Shown: positions 52,204 through 62,422, counted from the stretch's first letter. The stretch is 64,000 nt of DNA from Bryobacterales bacterium (GCA_965248105.1 CBDFIK010000005.1:923714-987713); one strand, 5' to 3'. Translations and numbers: made by a program. Notes: a model not told the origin generated them from the sequence alone.

Positions 52204-53019
52204 ATGACGAAGGATAGGAACATGTTTGATCTGTCAGGCCGTGTTGCACTGGTGTCGGGCGCGGCGAGCGGCATGGGCAAGGCGACCGCGATGGCGCTGG
52301 CGGAAGCGGGCGCCTCAGTCGTCTTGGCGGACATCAATGAAGATGGAGTCCGGGCGACCGCAGTCGAAATCGAATCGCTCGAACGCCGAGCACTGCCGCT
52401 GATCTGCGACGTCTCTCAACCTGAACAGATTCGTTCGATGTTCGCGCGGCTCGACGGCGAGTTCGGCCGGATTGACTTCCTTGCCAACATCGCGGGCGAG
52501 GCGGTACGCCGAAAACCCGAAGACATTTCGCTGGACGAGGTCGAATGGACGTGGCGCAGTTTGGTCTACGGACGCTTCTGCTGTTGCCAGGAAGCGGGGC
52601 GCCGCATGTTGGCCGCCGGGAAGGGAAGTATCGTCAATCTCGGTTCGCTGGCGAGCGTCACGGGGATGGGTCGCGGCCACATTGCTTACAGCATGGCCAT
52701 GGGGGCGGTGGTCCAAATGACGCGCGAGTTAAGCACCGAATGGAGCGGACGCGGGGTGCGCGTCAATTCGATCCTACCCGCCCAGGTTCTCAACCCCGGC
52801 CTAAAAGCCCGGATCGACGCCGATCCGCGCATCAAAGACCGTTTTCTCAGCGGCATACCCACGGGCCGATTTGGCGCGCCGGAAGACATCAAGGGTCTCG
52901 CTGTGTTTCTGGCTTCCGACGCCTCCTCCTGGATCACAGGCGCGCTGATTCCGATGGACGGCGGCAACTTGGCGATGAATGCGGGAGGCTCTGTCGGAAC
53001 CGAAGTGTTCGGAGAGTAG
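52204..53019 (+). CDS. SDR family oxidoreductase
   Basis: SGAASGMG, IVNLGS, YSMAM (catalytic Lys replaced), VRVNSI.P. Confidence 0.92.
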   Translation: MTKDRNMFDLSGRVALVSGAASGMGKATAMALAEAGASVVLADINEDGVRATAVEIESLERRALPLICDVSQPEQIRSMFARLDGEFGRIDFLANIAGEAVRRKPEDISLDEVEWTWRSLVYGRFCCCQEAGRRMLAAGKGSIVNLGSLASVTGMGRGHIAYSMAMGAVVQMTRELSTEWSGRGVRVNSILPAQVLNPGLKARIDADPRIKDRFLSGIPTGRFGAPEDIKGLAVFLASDASSWITGALIPMDGGNLAMNAGGSVGTEVFGE

Positions 53020-53327
53020 AGGCACAAAACGCGCCAACGGCAGAGGATAAAGTTCAGGTTCCAGATTTAGCATCTGCGATCCCTCTCGCATCCGTGGTTT
53101 TACCGGTCCGCTACCGTTTGCGACATGAGATAAGGCGATCATGGCCACCGCCTAACTAGAAACCTAGTAGTATCCTTATAAATCAACACCTTGGACACCG
53201 TTCCCCATGCCCCCCTTGCTTTCCCCGCACTGCAACGGTCCCCCCGTACAACTAGTTTGTTCAACGCCGGCCATCCAGACCCTCGTGAGAAAAGGGGGCT
53301 AAGAGCTTGCGCCACAAGGCTGAGAAA

Positions 53328-53948
53328 TCACCTCGCACGGTAAAGGCCTCGAGCCACGATCTCTCTCGCTACGGCTTCGGGCACGAACTGCTCCCACGGT
53401 CTTCCTTCCGCGATCGCTTGGCGAACGGTCGAAGAGGATACCTGGTCAAACGAGGTTGGCAGATCAATGAGGTGGATACGGCCTCGATACTCCTCAGGTG
53501 GGCTGTAGGCTCCTTGCCGGGAGGCGACCAAAAGTTGAAACTCCTCGAGCTGGCTCGCAAACGAAGGCCCGTCGGCATAGTCCCAATTGGCAATGCGCAG
53601 GGCGGCGTCTCGCCCGCAGAGCAAGAACAGTTCGACCGAAGGGGCACAGGCTTTGCGAAACGAGCGGGCGATCTCGATGAAGAGCCCGCCTTCTGAAGAG
53701 GCGATCGCGAAGCTCGGCGAGCTGCCGAGCGTAACTTCGAGAAGCCCCAGGCGGTCTTCGAACGACGCGCCCACGAATTGCTTGTGGGGAAAGACCCGGG
53801 GCAAGAGAAAAACTACCTGGCCGAGCCGGTGTTGGGTCCGTGCCGCGTCCGCCAGGGCTAGATGAGCGTTGGTAGGCGGATTGAACGCCCCAGGAAGGAT
53901 GCCGAGACGTCCATGGTTCACCGCGCTGCCCTTGTGGAACTGAAGCAT
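53328..53948 (-). CDS. nadD: Nicotinate-nucleotide adenylyltransferase-like protein
   Basis: GAFNPPTNAH, GRD, VSSSTVR, VP. Confidence 0.75.
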   Translation of the reverse strand: MLQFHKGSAVNHGRLGILPGAFNPPTNAHLALADAARTQHRLGQVVFLLPRVFPHKQFVGASFEDRLGLLEVTLGSSPSFAIASSEGGLFIEIARSFRKACAPSVELFLLCGRDAALRIANWDYADGPSFASQLEEFQLLVASRQGAYSPPEEYRGRIHLIDLPTSFDQVSSSTVRQAIAEGRPWEQFVPEAVAREIVARGLYRAR

Positions 53949-54056
53949 TCTACGGTTGCGGAAATACGGAGTCGACCCGGAACCAAAATGAGCCAGAAAC
54001 AAGTGCGCTACAACCGATCGTCACAGCGCTGCTTTTACCAAAGACGTAAAAGGGAG

Positions 54057-55364
54057 CTACTGTACCAGATCGAGCGCAAGGTCAAGCGGTTCGGGTTGGG
54101 TGGCCGAGATCCGGAAGGCATCTTCGACCAACTGGACCCCTTCCTGAAGATTGGTCTCGTCGGTGTAGTAGAGGGCGCAGAGGCGAGAACCTTCCACAAC
54201 CTCGTCCCCGACCTTTGATTGCAGGATGACGCCCACAGCCGGATCGATGGTGTCGTCCATAGCGTCTCGACCGGCTCCGAGCAGGGTAGCGGCGCGCCCG
54301 ATGTCGTCGGCATTAATGCGACTGACGAAACCCGCTCGAGGTGATGAGATGATGTGCTCGCCACTGGCATTCGGGAGCAGCTCGAATTGCTGGAGGACGT
54401 TCGGGTCGCCGCCCTGCGCCTCGATGACCGCCTGCAGCTTCGCAAACGCCGAGCCGTCGGCAAGTAGCTGCTGTGCTTGATCTCGGGCACTCTCAAGCGA
54501 ACGAGACGGCTCGCCCAAGTAAATCATGCGAGCCGCAATCTCGACCGAAAGGCCAACCAAGTCGGCGGGGCCTTGGCCCTGCAGGGTCTGTGAGACCTCC
54601 ATCACCTCGAGAGCATTACCGACGGTGAATCCCAGCGGCTGATTCATGTCCGTCAGCAAGGCCTGCATGCGCACCTCCATGCGACGCCCGATGGTGATCA
54701 TCAACTCCGCCAGGCGGCGTGCCTCAGCGCGGTCGCGGATCAGCGAGCCTCGGCCGACCTTGACGTCGAGGACCAGTCCGTCGATGCCCTCGGCCAGCTT
54801 TTTGGACATGATCGAAGCGGCGATCAGCTCCAAACAATCGGTCGCCCCCGTGGCGTCCCGCAGAGCGAAGAGCTTCTTGTCGGCAGGCGCCAATTCGTTC
54901 GTCTGACCGGTAAACGCCAAGCCGTGGGTAGCCACGGTCTGCCGGAATTCGGCCAACGGCAGCTCGGTTTGAAATCCCGGTATGGCCTGCAACTTGTCGA
55001 GGGTGCCGCCGGTATACCCCATACCCCGATCGGTAATAGTGGGAACCGCGATGCCGGCGGCGGCGGCGATCGGAGAGGCGATCAGAGTGATCTTGTCTCC
55101 CACTCCGCCTGTCGAGTGCTTGTCAACTTTCGGTTGCGGGATATCGCTCAGGTCTACCTGCCGGCCGCACTTCAGCATGGCCGATGTAAGGGCGGCCGCT
55201 TCGGTGGCGCTGAAACCGTTGCAGGAGCCCGCCATCAAAAAGGCGCCCATCTGATAGTCCTTGACTTCGCCCCGCGCATAACCACTGATGAGCTGCTCAA
55301 ACTCTTCGAAGGTAACCTCTTCGCCATCTGTCTTGCGGCGAATTAAGTCGACAATTCTGATCAT
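54057..55364 (-). CDS. pdp: Pyrimidine-nucleoside / thymidine phosphorylase
   Basis: VDKHSTGGVGDK, GGTLDKL, SIMSKK, LDVKVG. Confidence 0.93.
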   Translation of the reverse strand: MIRIVDLIRRKTDGEEVTFEEFEQLISGYARGEVKDYQMGAFLMAGSCNGFSATEAAALTSAMLKCGRQVDLSDIPQPKVDKHSTGGVGDKITLIASPIAAAAGIAVPTITDRGMGYTGGTLDKLQAIPGFQTELPLAEFRQTVATHGLAFTGQTNELAPADKKLFALRDATGATDCLELIAASIMSKKLAEGIDGLVLDVKVGRGSLIRDRAEARRLAELMITIGRRMEVRMQALLTDMNQPLGFTVGNALEVMEVSQTLQGQGPADLVGLSVEIAARMIYLGEPSRSLESARDQAQQLLADGSAFAKLQAVIEAQGGDPNVLQQFELLPNASGEHIISSPRAGFVSRINADDIGRAATLLGAGRDAMDDTIDPAVGVILQSKVGDEVVEGSRLCALYYTDETNLQEGVQLVEDAFRISATQPEPLDLALDLVQ

Positions 55365-55597
55365 CGATGCACACAATCCCCTCGCTTTCCCGCCTGGAGA
55401 AAGCTACGGCCACTTAAGCTAATGGGTGTAGATCAGTCCAGCCTAACATTGACTGGGTTGGAGCGCAAGGAATTGCGGGCCGTTTGTGACTGCTAGAATG
55501 CTACTTAGGTGCGCTCCCGAGCGGGCTGCCCCGGCCCCAGCACGGTATCGCAGACCCGCTTGCACGTCCCTTTTCCCGCTGGGTCGTTGAACTGGGG

Positions 55598-56416
55598 TCA
55601 GATCGTAAGGGGGGGGATCGGCACCCGATATCGCCCCGCAAAGACGTCCTCGAAAAGTTTTAGAAGCTCCTGCTGGATTCTCCCGTTCGAGGCGGCTAGG
55701 TGCGGGCCGGCCAGTTCGTAGGACGCCCCCTTCATGTCCTCATAGGTCCCTCCGGCTTCTTGAATCATCAGCAGTCCGGCGGCGACATCCCAGGCGTTGA
55801 GGTTGAACTCCCAAAACCCGTCCAAGCGGCCACTCGCGACCGAGCATAGGTCCAGCGCGGCTGATCCCGCGCGTCTGACCCCGTGGGTGAGCATGCACAC
55901 TTGGTGAAAACAGTAGACGTTGATGTCAGCGTGCCTCTTGGGGCTCGCAAACCCGGTTCCGATCAAGCTTTCCTTAAGAGATTCGCGCTTTGAAACTTGA
56001 ATCCGGCGGCTATTGAGATACGCTCCGGAGCCTTGCTCGGCGCTAAACAGTTCTTCCCGCAGTGGGTCGTAGACGACACCCGCCACCATCTCACCACGGA
56101 ACGCGAGACCGATACTGACGCAAAAGGCGGGAAACCCGTGCGCAAAGTTAGTGGTGCCGTCGAGAGGGTCGACGTACCACACGTATTCGGACCCAGTCTC
56201 GACGCCACTGCCTTCTTCCGCGATGATGGAGTGACCGGGAAACCTCGATTGCAGTCGTTCAACAATCAGCTTCTCGGAGGCACGATCCGCGGCGGTCACG
56301 AGATCGAACGCGCCCTTGTACTCCATCTCGAGGGGCTGTCCGAGATAGGGGAGTATTTGTGCTCCCGCTTCGCGAGAAAGCTCGGCGGCGATGGATACGT
56401 AGTCGACGTTATTCAT
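55598..56416 (-). CDS. suhB: Inositol monophosphatase
   Basis: [31 protein letters not shown]. Confidence 0.94.
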   Translation of the reverse strand: MNNVDYVSIAAELSREAGAQILPYLGQPLEMEYKGAFDLVTAADRASEKLIVERLQSRFPGHSIIAEEGSGVETGSEYVWYVDPLDGTTNFAHGFPAFCVSIGLAFRGEMVAGVVYDPLREELFSAEQGSGAYLNSRRIQVSKRESLKESLIGTGFASPKRHADINVYCFHQVCMLTHGVRRAGSAALDLCSVASGRLDGFWEFNLNAWDVAAGLLMIQEAGGTYEDMKGASYELAGPHLAASNGRIQQELLKLFEDVFAGRYRVPIPPLTI

Positions 56417-56518
56417 CTGCTGTAAAATGGGCCAGAAGCGGCCAACTCCGTTAACCCGCCTGCATGAGAATACGGTCCCTCCCCTTGTTCTTGTTACAGA
56501 CCGGGCCTACCTTCAAAC

Positions 56519-56700
56519 CTAATTACTCCATTTCATAAATAGACTCACGTTTCGGGCGAGTGCAGGCGGGCACAGCATGCTGTGCCCCTACAGATCTGTT
56601 GGGTGCCTGGAAACGTAGGGGCACGGCATGCCGTGCCCGAAGTTCCCGACCGTCCACCTGGCTTCTAAATATACGTGACCGAACTTGTGAAACGGACTAC
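56519..56700. repeat. Repeat family E
   Basis: Reverse copy of 40533-40676. Confidence 0.85.
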
Positions 56701-56712
56701 CAAGGTTGCACG

Positions 56713-57030
56713 CTAGGACCGCGTCTCCGGCTGCTCGTAGAAATACTTAATCTCGCTTTTTAAAACGAACAGTTTCGGTGTGCCTTGTCGGCTCAAGCGT
56801 ATAGAAGTCGAATCATGATATGCAATGAGCCCGACGACTTCTTCGTTGTCACGCAGCCGCACCAATACGGGAATCTCTTTCTCTATCAGGCGCTTCAAGT
56901 AGTTGGCTTCTTCGAAGGTGTAGGGCCTGGCCCGGCTCCCCTGCGACTTTGGCCTGGAAACCGAACTCCGATCGTCGGTTCTCTTGGCTGTGCGGCGCGG
57001 TGGTTTCCCGCTGGGACGCTTCCGCTTCAA
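56713..57030 (-). CDS. Hfq-like (Sm-fold) RNA chaperone with basic N-terminus
   Basis: YLKRLIEKEIPV.V.L...E.V.G.I...D, LFVLKSEIKY; overlaps the VWA gene stop. Confidence 0.7.
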   Translation of the reverse strand: MKRKRPSGKPPRRTAKRTDDRSSVSRPKSQGSRARPYTFEEANYLKRLIEKEIPVLVRLRDNEEVVGLIAYHDSTSIRLSRQGTPKLFVLKSEIKYFYEQPETRS

Positions 57031-58058
57031 GGTTGGCTCCTCTTCTCGGTTGTTCCTTCGATGGGCGCCTGGGACTCGGAGTCTTGCGGACCCGCCCTGG
57101 GCCGGAGGTTGATCTTACCGCGCGGCGGGGCCTTGGGAGTCGCCGGGACGAAATACCCGTTGCGGGCCAGAACCCGTGCATTCGGGTGGCTGACGGTGAT
57201 GCTCGTCCTGCGAAAGCTTTCCGTGGCGGTCAAGTCCTCTGGGGGATAGTAGGCGATGAGGTATTGCGTCCTTAGGTTGCGCAGAATCTCATTGAACGCG
57301 CGGTCCAAATCCGCTCCGGCGTGCTGAATGAAGGTTGTGCCGCCGGTGCTGGCGGCCAGCGCCTTGAGCGCATTCTCTCCTCCGACGTTGCGCCCCGCGT
57401 CGGCAGTGATGGGCATGACGATGATGCCATAGATCACGGCGTCGACGGCGTGGGCTTCCTGCAAGGCTTTCCGGTAGGGCACGTTGCTGGTCGTATCCCC
57501 GCCATCGGTGATGATGATCATGACTTTGCGCCCGGGACGGCGCCTGAGCTGCCCGGCGGCTAGCAAGATCCCGTCATACATCGATGTGCCGCTATCGGCT
57601 CGAATCCGATCCAGAGCTTTGTCGAGGCGCTTCGTCGAGGCGGTGAAACCGGTTAGCAACTCGACGTAGACCGAGAACTGGAAGATGCCCACCCGGTCGC
57701 TACGATGGGATCCCGGCCCCAACAGGTTGCGCACAAAACGTTTGGCTGATTCCCGCTCGAAGTCGAGCTCCTTGGCCGTACTCAAGCTCGTGTCGAGCAT
57801 CAGCGCCACCGAAAGGGGGCGATTGGTGCGCCGTTCGAACACGGCGATCTGCCGTTCGACATCACCGTCCAAGACGGTGAAATCCTCCTTCTCGAGGTCT
57901 GCTATGGGAGCACCGCTGAGATCTTTCACCGTCACCAGCACGTGAACTAGGCTCACCTCGACCTTGAAGGTGGGGTCGTCAGAGGATTGCTGGGCGGACA
58001 GAGGGGCTTCCGCCGCCAGCACCAAGAGCGCCAACACCACACAGGCTCGAGCGCTCAC
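57027..58058 (-). CDS. Acidobacterial-type VWA domain protein
   Basis: Signal peptide; DTSLS MIDAS, TSMYD, ITDGGD, TGG, LRTQYLIAY. Confidence 0.9.
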   Translation of the reverse strand: MSARACVVLALLVLAAEAPLSAQQSSDDPTFKVEVSLVHVLVTVKDLSGAPIADLEKEDFTVLDGDVERQIAVFERRTNRPLSVALMLDTSLSTAKELDFERESAKRFVRNLLGPGSHRSDRVGIFQFSVYVELLTGFTASTKRLDKALDRIRADSGTSMYDGILLAAGQLRRRPGRKVMIIITDGGDTTSNVPYRKALQEAHAVDAVIYGIIVMPITADAGRNVGGENALKALAASTGGTTFIQHAGADLDRAFNEILRNLRTQYLIAYYPPEDLTATESFRRTSITVSHPNARVLARNGYFVPATPKAPPRGKINLRPRAGPQDSESQAPIEGTTEKRSQP

Positions 58059-58792
58059 TGGGGAGTTCCCACGCCGCGCGGAACCGAGGCCTCCCACTCC
58101 CCTTCGACCCAAACCTCGCCGTCCTCGAAGTACTCTTTCTTCCAAATAGGGACCAGGCGCTTGAGCCGGTTGATGGCCTCCAGGCTGGCTTCATAGGCAG
58201 GTTTGCGATGCGCAGCCGTGACCAGGATGGCAACACTTGTCTCGCTGATCTCGAGCCGCCCCAAGCGATGCACCATCGTGATTCCGCGAATCGGATAGGT
58301 TTCGAGGGTCTGGCGGCCGATTTCTTGCATCTTGCTCATGGCCACCGGAACGTAGCATTCGTAGTCGAGAAAGCGGGTCTTACGCTCACCGGAATGGTTT
58401 CGCACAACCCCTTCAAAGGTGACGACCGCGCCATCTTCACCTTTGACAAGTCGCTCCTTGAGGACCTGAATATCGATCGGCTGCTTCGTGAGAGCGTAGA
58501 AGCTCGATTCTTCGGCGGCGCAGGCGAGCCAAGGGGACGAACCCGCGGCGCCTCCGCTCACCGGAGGCATCAAGGCGACCTCGTCTCCGTCACCGAGTGC
58601 CGCGTCAGGGTCGGCAAACTCGTGATTGCGCGCCAGCGCGATACTGCCGGCCATCTGGTGTAGCCTCGGGAATTGGGACGCATAGTGCTCGAAGACCGTT
58701 TCCAGGCGGGCGCCCTCGGGGAGTTCCAGATCGTCCTGGGAGCGGCCGATCAGGTCCTTTAACACGCCGAAAAACAAGACAGTAACGTGCAT
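58055..58792 (-). CDS. moaE: Molybdopterin synthase MoaD-MoaE fusion
   Basis: VLFFG..GDEVALMPPVSGG, then GAVVTFEGVVR, HRLG, HR, PIWKKE. Confidence 0.93.
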   Translation of the reverse strand: MHVTVLFFGVLKDLIGRSQDDLELPEGARLETVFEHYASQFPRLHQMAGSIALARNHEFADPDAALGDGDEVALMPPVSGGAAGSSPWLACAAEESSFYALTKQPIDIQVLKERLVKGEDGAVVTFEGVVRNHSGERKTRFLDYECYVPVAMSKMQEIGRQTLETYPIRGITMVHRLGRLEISETSVAILVTAAHRKPAYEASLEAINRLKRLVPIWKKEYFEDGEVWVEGEWEASVPRGVGTPQ

Positions 58793-58880
58793 GGCGAGGC
58801 CCTTCACATTGTATCGTAGGGGTAGCGGGGACCCGAGGCACCTCACCGAAGCCGAGTACTTTTCCGTAACCATTTCCAGA

Positions 58881-59140
58881 ATGGCCAAAAAATCCAAACT
58901 CTCAAGCAGCGAGCAGCTGCCGGTTCCCGTCGAGATGATCGAGCGGCGCATTTTCTGATTCGCGGACACAAGGTTATGCTCGATTCCGACCTTGCCGAGC
59001 TGTACGGCGTTGAGACCAAGTACCTGAAGCGACAGGTCAATCGGAATCGAAATCGTTTCCCCGAGGACTTTATGTTGCGCCTGACGTCCGAAGAGAACCG
59101 AGCTTTAAGGTTCCAAGTTGGCACCTTAAAGCGGGGGCAG
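58881..59140 (+). pseudogene. ORF6N domain protein, frameshifted and truncated
   Basis: IERRIF then a frameshift to IRGHKVMLDSDLAELYGVETK..V.RN..RFPEDFM..L; similarity ends at KRGQ. Confidence 0.8.
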
Positions 59141-59461
59141 CCAAGCGGCTCCCCGGGAGCGACATGTCGGACCTTTGGACCGGCGAGATCGCCGGTCCCT
59201 ACTGCCGCAGCTTGTGACGACTCAAGTGGGGACAAGCGATCCCGCTTGTCCCGGGCGACATGTCGCGGCGGTACTGTCACCGAGCCCTTACCGCACCGGC
59301 TGAGAGCGAAGCGGGCCAGTGGATCATTCGCTGCTTTGAGTGTGGCGCGCCAAGAACATCGTCGCTGTTGTCGCCACACGCCGGCGCTTCCCGGTCCTCT
59401 CGATCGCCGGGTGGAGGGACTGACTCGTAGAAATCCAGGGGTATCCTAAGGGAGTAAGACA

Positions 59462-59761
59462 ATGGTTTCGCAACTACGTATCTACACCATCAACCCGGGA
59501 ATGATGAGCTCCTGGTTGACGCTCTTCCACGAGCAGATTCGACCGATCCACCGAAAGCTGGCCATCCCGGTGGAAGCGGCCTGGGTCAACGCCGAGCAGA
59601 ACGAATTCATCTGGGTGCGAAGCTTCGACAGCGCGGATGTTATCCCCGATAGGGAAGCCGAATACTTCGCCTCGCCCGAGCGCCAGGCTCTGGGCAACCT
59701 GCCAAAAGACCACATCGCCAAGATGGAGGTCCGGGTAATCGAGCCGGTGCCTCTCGGTTAA
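59462..59761 (+). CDS. NIPSNAP family protein
   Basis: QLRIYTINPG, FIWVRSF. Confidence 0.8.
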   Translation: MVSQLRIYTINPGMMSSWLTLFHEQIRPIHRKLAIPVEAAWVNAEQNEFIWVRSFDSADVIPDREAEYFASPERQALGNLPKDHIAKMEVRVIEPVPLG

Positions 59762-59805
59762 CAGGCGGCCCGATCGAAGGGTTGTCCGACCGGACGGTCC
59801 AAAGA

Positions 59806-60606
59806 ATGGGTACACGACTCAAAGACAAGGTGGCTATCGTATCCGGCGCAGGCTGTGTAGGGCCGGGCTGGGGTAACGGAAAGGCCACGGCTGTGCTGTT
59901 CGCCCGCGAGGGAGCTACAGTCTTCTGCGTGGACATCCGCCGCGAGGCGGCCGAGGAGACCCGCGACTTCATCCGCGGTGAGGGCGGCCGGGCCGAGGCA
60001 TGGGAGTGCGACGTCTCCCGCTCGGATCAGGTCGAGGCCATGGTGGAGGGTTGCTTGGCGAACTACGGTCGTATCGACGTGCTACAGAACAATGTAGGCA
60101 CTCTGGCGATGGGCGGGCCGGTGGAGACTAGCGAGGAGGACTGGGACCGAGTCCACAACATCAACCTGAAGAGCATGTTCCTAACCTGTAAGTACGTCCT
60201 GCCCGTGATGGAGCGGCAGGGGGCCGGAGCCATCGTCAACATCTCCTCCATCGCGGGGCTACGCGACGTCGGCATCCCTTATATCGCCTATAACACCTCG
60301 AAGGCGGCGGTGAGCCACTTCACGCGCGTCGTCGCGGCGCAGTATGCTCCCAAGGGGATTCGTTGCAATAGCGTTTGCCCCGGTTTGATGCGCACTCCCT
60401 TGGTGGAGAAGTCACTAGCGGACCACTACGCCGAGGGAGATGTCGAGGAGATGTTCCGAATCCGGGCGGCCCAGGTACCCATGGGAAAAGGCGGCGATGC
60501 CTGGGACGTGGCCTATGCGTCCCTCTATCTCGCCTCGGACGAAGCCAAGTACGTGACTGGAGCGGAGCTGGTGGTCGACGGGGGCATTACCCTCAAGTGC
60601 GTGTAA
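59806..60606 (+). CDS. SDR family oxidoreductase
   Basis: SGAG..GNG, NNVG, YNTSK, DGG. Confidence 0.93.
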   Translation: MGTRLKDKVAIVSGAGCVGPGWGNGKATAVLFAREGATVFCVDIRREAAEETRDFIRGEGGRAEAWECDVSRSDQVEAMVEGCLANYGRIDVLQNNVGTLAMGGPVETSEEDWDRVHNINLKSMFLTCKYVLPVMERQGAGAIVNISSIAGLRDVGIPYIAYNTSKAAVSHFTRVVAAQYAPKGIRCNSVCPGLMRTPLVEKSLADHYAEGDVEEMFRIRAAQVPMGKGGDAWDVAYASLYLASDEAKYVTGAELVVDGGITLKCV

Positions 60607-60636
60607 GGTGGAGAGCCGGGGTCCTTCCGTTAGGGG

Positions 60637-60993
60637 TCAGACCCACTTCAGGGCGCCCTGGCGAAAGACCCAAATGTAGCCGACGATCAGAATGGCAAGG
60701 AAAACCAACATCTCGATCAGGCCGAACAGCCCGAGGACGTCGTACTGAATAGCCCACGGAAACAGAAAGACCGTTTCGACGTCGAAGATGACAAACAGGA
60801 TGGCGACCAAGTAGAAGCGGATGGAGTATCGTCCCCGCGTGTCGCCTTCCGGCTCGATGCCGCACTCGTAGGGCTCGGCCTTGACTTTTGCGGGCACACT
60901 GGGCCGAATAAGCTTCGCCGCCAGGATCGTAACGATGGGGAAGGCCGCGGCGAGAGCAAGAAAGATCAAGATGGGGACGTAGCCGCGCGGCAT
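60637..60993 (-). CDS. nuoA: NADH-quinone oxidoreductase subunit A
   Basis: PYECG, FYLVAILFVIFDVE, FLFPWA, GALKW. Confidence 0.95.
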   Translation of the reverse strand: MPRGYVPILIFLALAAAFPIVTILAAKLIRPSVPAKVKAEPYECGIEPEGDTRGRYSIRFYLVAILFVIFDVETVFLFPWAIQYDVLGLFGLIEMLVFLAILIVGYIWVFRQGALKWV

Positions 60994-61109
60994 AGGAGAC
61001 TAATATAACACAGCGAAGCGAAACACCCATCCGGCCGTGGCTTACGTCGACCCAGCGTTCGTGGCGGAGTTGAGACATTGCCCACCTGTCTTGCCGGGCC
61101 GCGAGAATA

Positions 61110-61240
61110 CTAGTGGACTGCCCGAGACGAGTTCACTATCGATTCGAAAATGTCGGGCTCGAAAGCCCGACACAGCACGCTGAAAGCGTGCGCCACGTCG
61201 CCAGGACGATCAGACAGTCTTGTCTGGGACAGCTTATTAG
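61110..61240. mobile_element. MITE-like element family D
   Basis: Homolog of 32866-32999 and 5755-5909. Confidence 0.75.
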
Positions 61241-61293
61241 TTCAGAAGACGCTCTGTCGCGTCCGATGGGAGCTAAGATAGTAGGTCACGAGA

Positions 61294-61644
61294 ATGGCCG
61301 AGATGAGTGATTGGGAGATAGCGGTTGAGGCTGCCCGGTCGAGGAAAGGCGAAGAGATTGTCGTTCTCGACATCGCCAAGATCAGCTCTTTCACCGACAC
61401 GTTTGTGATATGCGCGGGCACGAATGCCCGCCAAAACCAGGCCATCTCCGATGCGATCGAGATGGCCCTGAAAAAGGAAGGTGTGCGTCCTATTGGGATC
61501 GAAGGCTATCAGAACGCGGAATGGATTCTCATGGACTACGGTGACTTCGTTGCGCACATCTTTTCGGAAGAATCACGCCGTTTCTACGATCTCGAAAGAC
61601 TCTGGAGGAACGCACCCCGGCTGCCGATCCCCGAGGCGGCCTAG
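61294..61644 (+). CDS. rsfS: Ribosome silencing factor
   Basis: KGEEIVVLD, FVIC, WILMDYGD, R.FYDLERLW. Confidence 0.95.
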   Translation: MAEMSDWEIAVEAARSRKGEEIVVLDIAKISSFTDTFVICAGTNARQNQAISDAIEMALKKEGVRPIGIEGYQNAEWILMDYGDFVAHIFSEESRRFYDLERLWRNAPRLPIPEAA

Positions 61645-61781
61645 TGGGCGGCGGCGGGCACAGCATGCTGTGCCCCTACAGATCTGTTGGGTGCCTGGAA
61701 ACGTAGGGGCACGGCATGCCGTGCACGAAGTTCGTCCACCCAGCTCTAAATATACGCGAACGAACTGATGAAACGGACTAC
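61642..61781. repeat. Repeat family E between rsfS and rlmH
   Basis: Homolog of 56560-56700. Confidence 0.85.
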
Positions 61782-61811
61782 TCAGCCGGAAAAGGTTGCC
61801 CCAAATACACG

Positions 61812-62216
61812 TTGAAACTCTACCTGCTCTGCATCGGCAAACCCCGGAATCGCGAGGCAAACCTCCTGGCCGAGGACTACGCTCGGCGCATTGAGCACTA
61901 CTGCCGCTTCGAAATGCGTTCGCTTAAAGACGAGCGCGCCGTCAAGGACTATCAGCGTACAGCGAAAGTCGTGCTTGACCCCAGCGGAAGGCAAATGAGT
62001 TCTCAGGAGCTAGCTACGTTCCTAGAAAAAGCCCAGCGAGACGTTGCCTTCTTTGTCGGCGGGGCGGATGGGTTCTCCCAGTCATTCCTTGAGGATGCCG
62101 ATCTACTGTTGTCGCTCTCCAAAATGACCCTGCCGCACGAGCTGGCGCGGGTTGTCCTCGCGGAGCAAATCTACCGGGCCTTCACGATTCTGCGAAACCA
62201 CCCTTACCCGCGGTGA
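61812..62216 (+). CDS. rlmH: 23S rRNA pseudouridine1915 N3-methyltransferase
   Basis: LD..G..SS, GGADG, SLSKMTLPH, EQIYRA, HPY; TTG start. Confidence 0.94.
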   Translation: MKLYLLCIGKPRNREANLLAEDYARRIEHYCRFEMRSLKDERAVKDYQRTAKVVLDPSGRQMSSQELATFLEKAQRDVAFFVGGADGFSQSFLEDADLLLSLSKMTLPHELARVVLAEQIYRAFTILRNHPYPR

Positions 62217-62422
62217 AGGGCACGAGTGGTAGGGAACCGAACGCTCTATGCTCGCCGCGGCGCCGCGGCGAACTCTGTCACTGGACCGCTTGCTGACGCG
62301 CGCGGCTCCGTTTGAGGAACCGGTCGGCAGCAGCCCTGATTCTGAGCCGCGGGAGTAAAGGAGCTTGCAGGCCACAAGCCCTACTGCGATAATGCTGGCC
62401 CAGGACCGGGAAGACGTCGACA

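Noticed and set aside
58950-58960. In-frame TGA in the ORF6N gene as selenocysteine or programmed readthrough
   Set aside because: Similarity continues in a different frame (single-base loss) and the gene is also truncated
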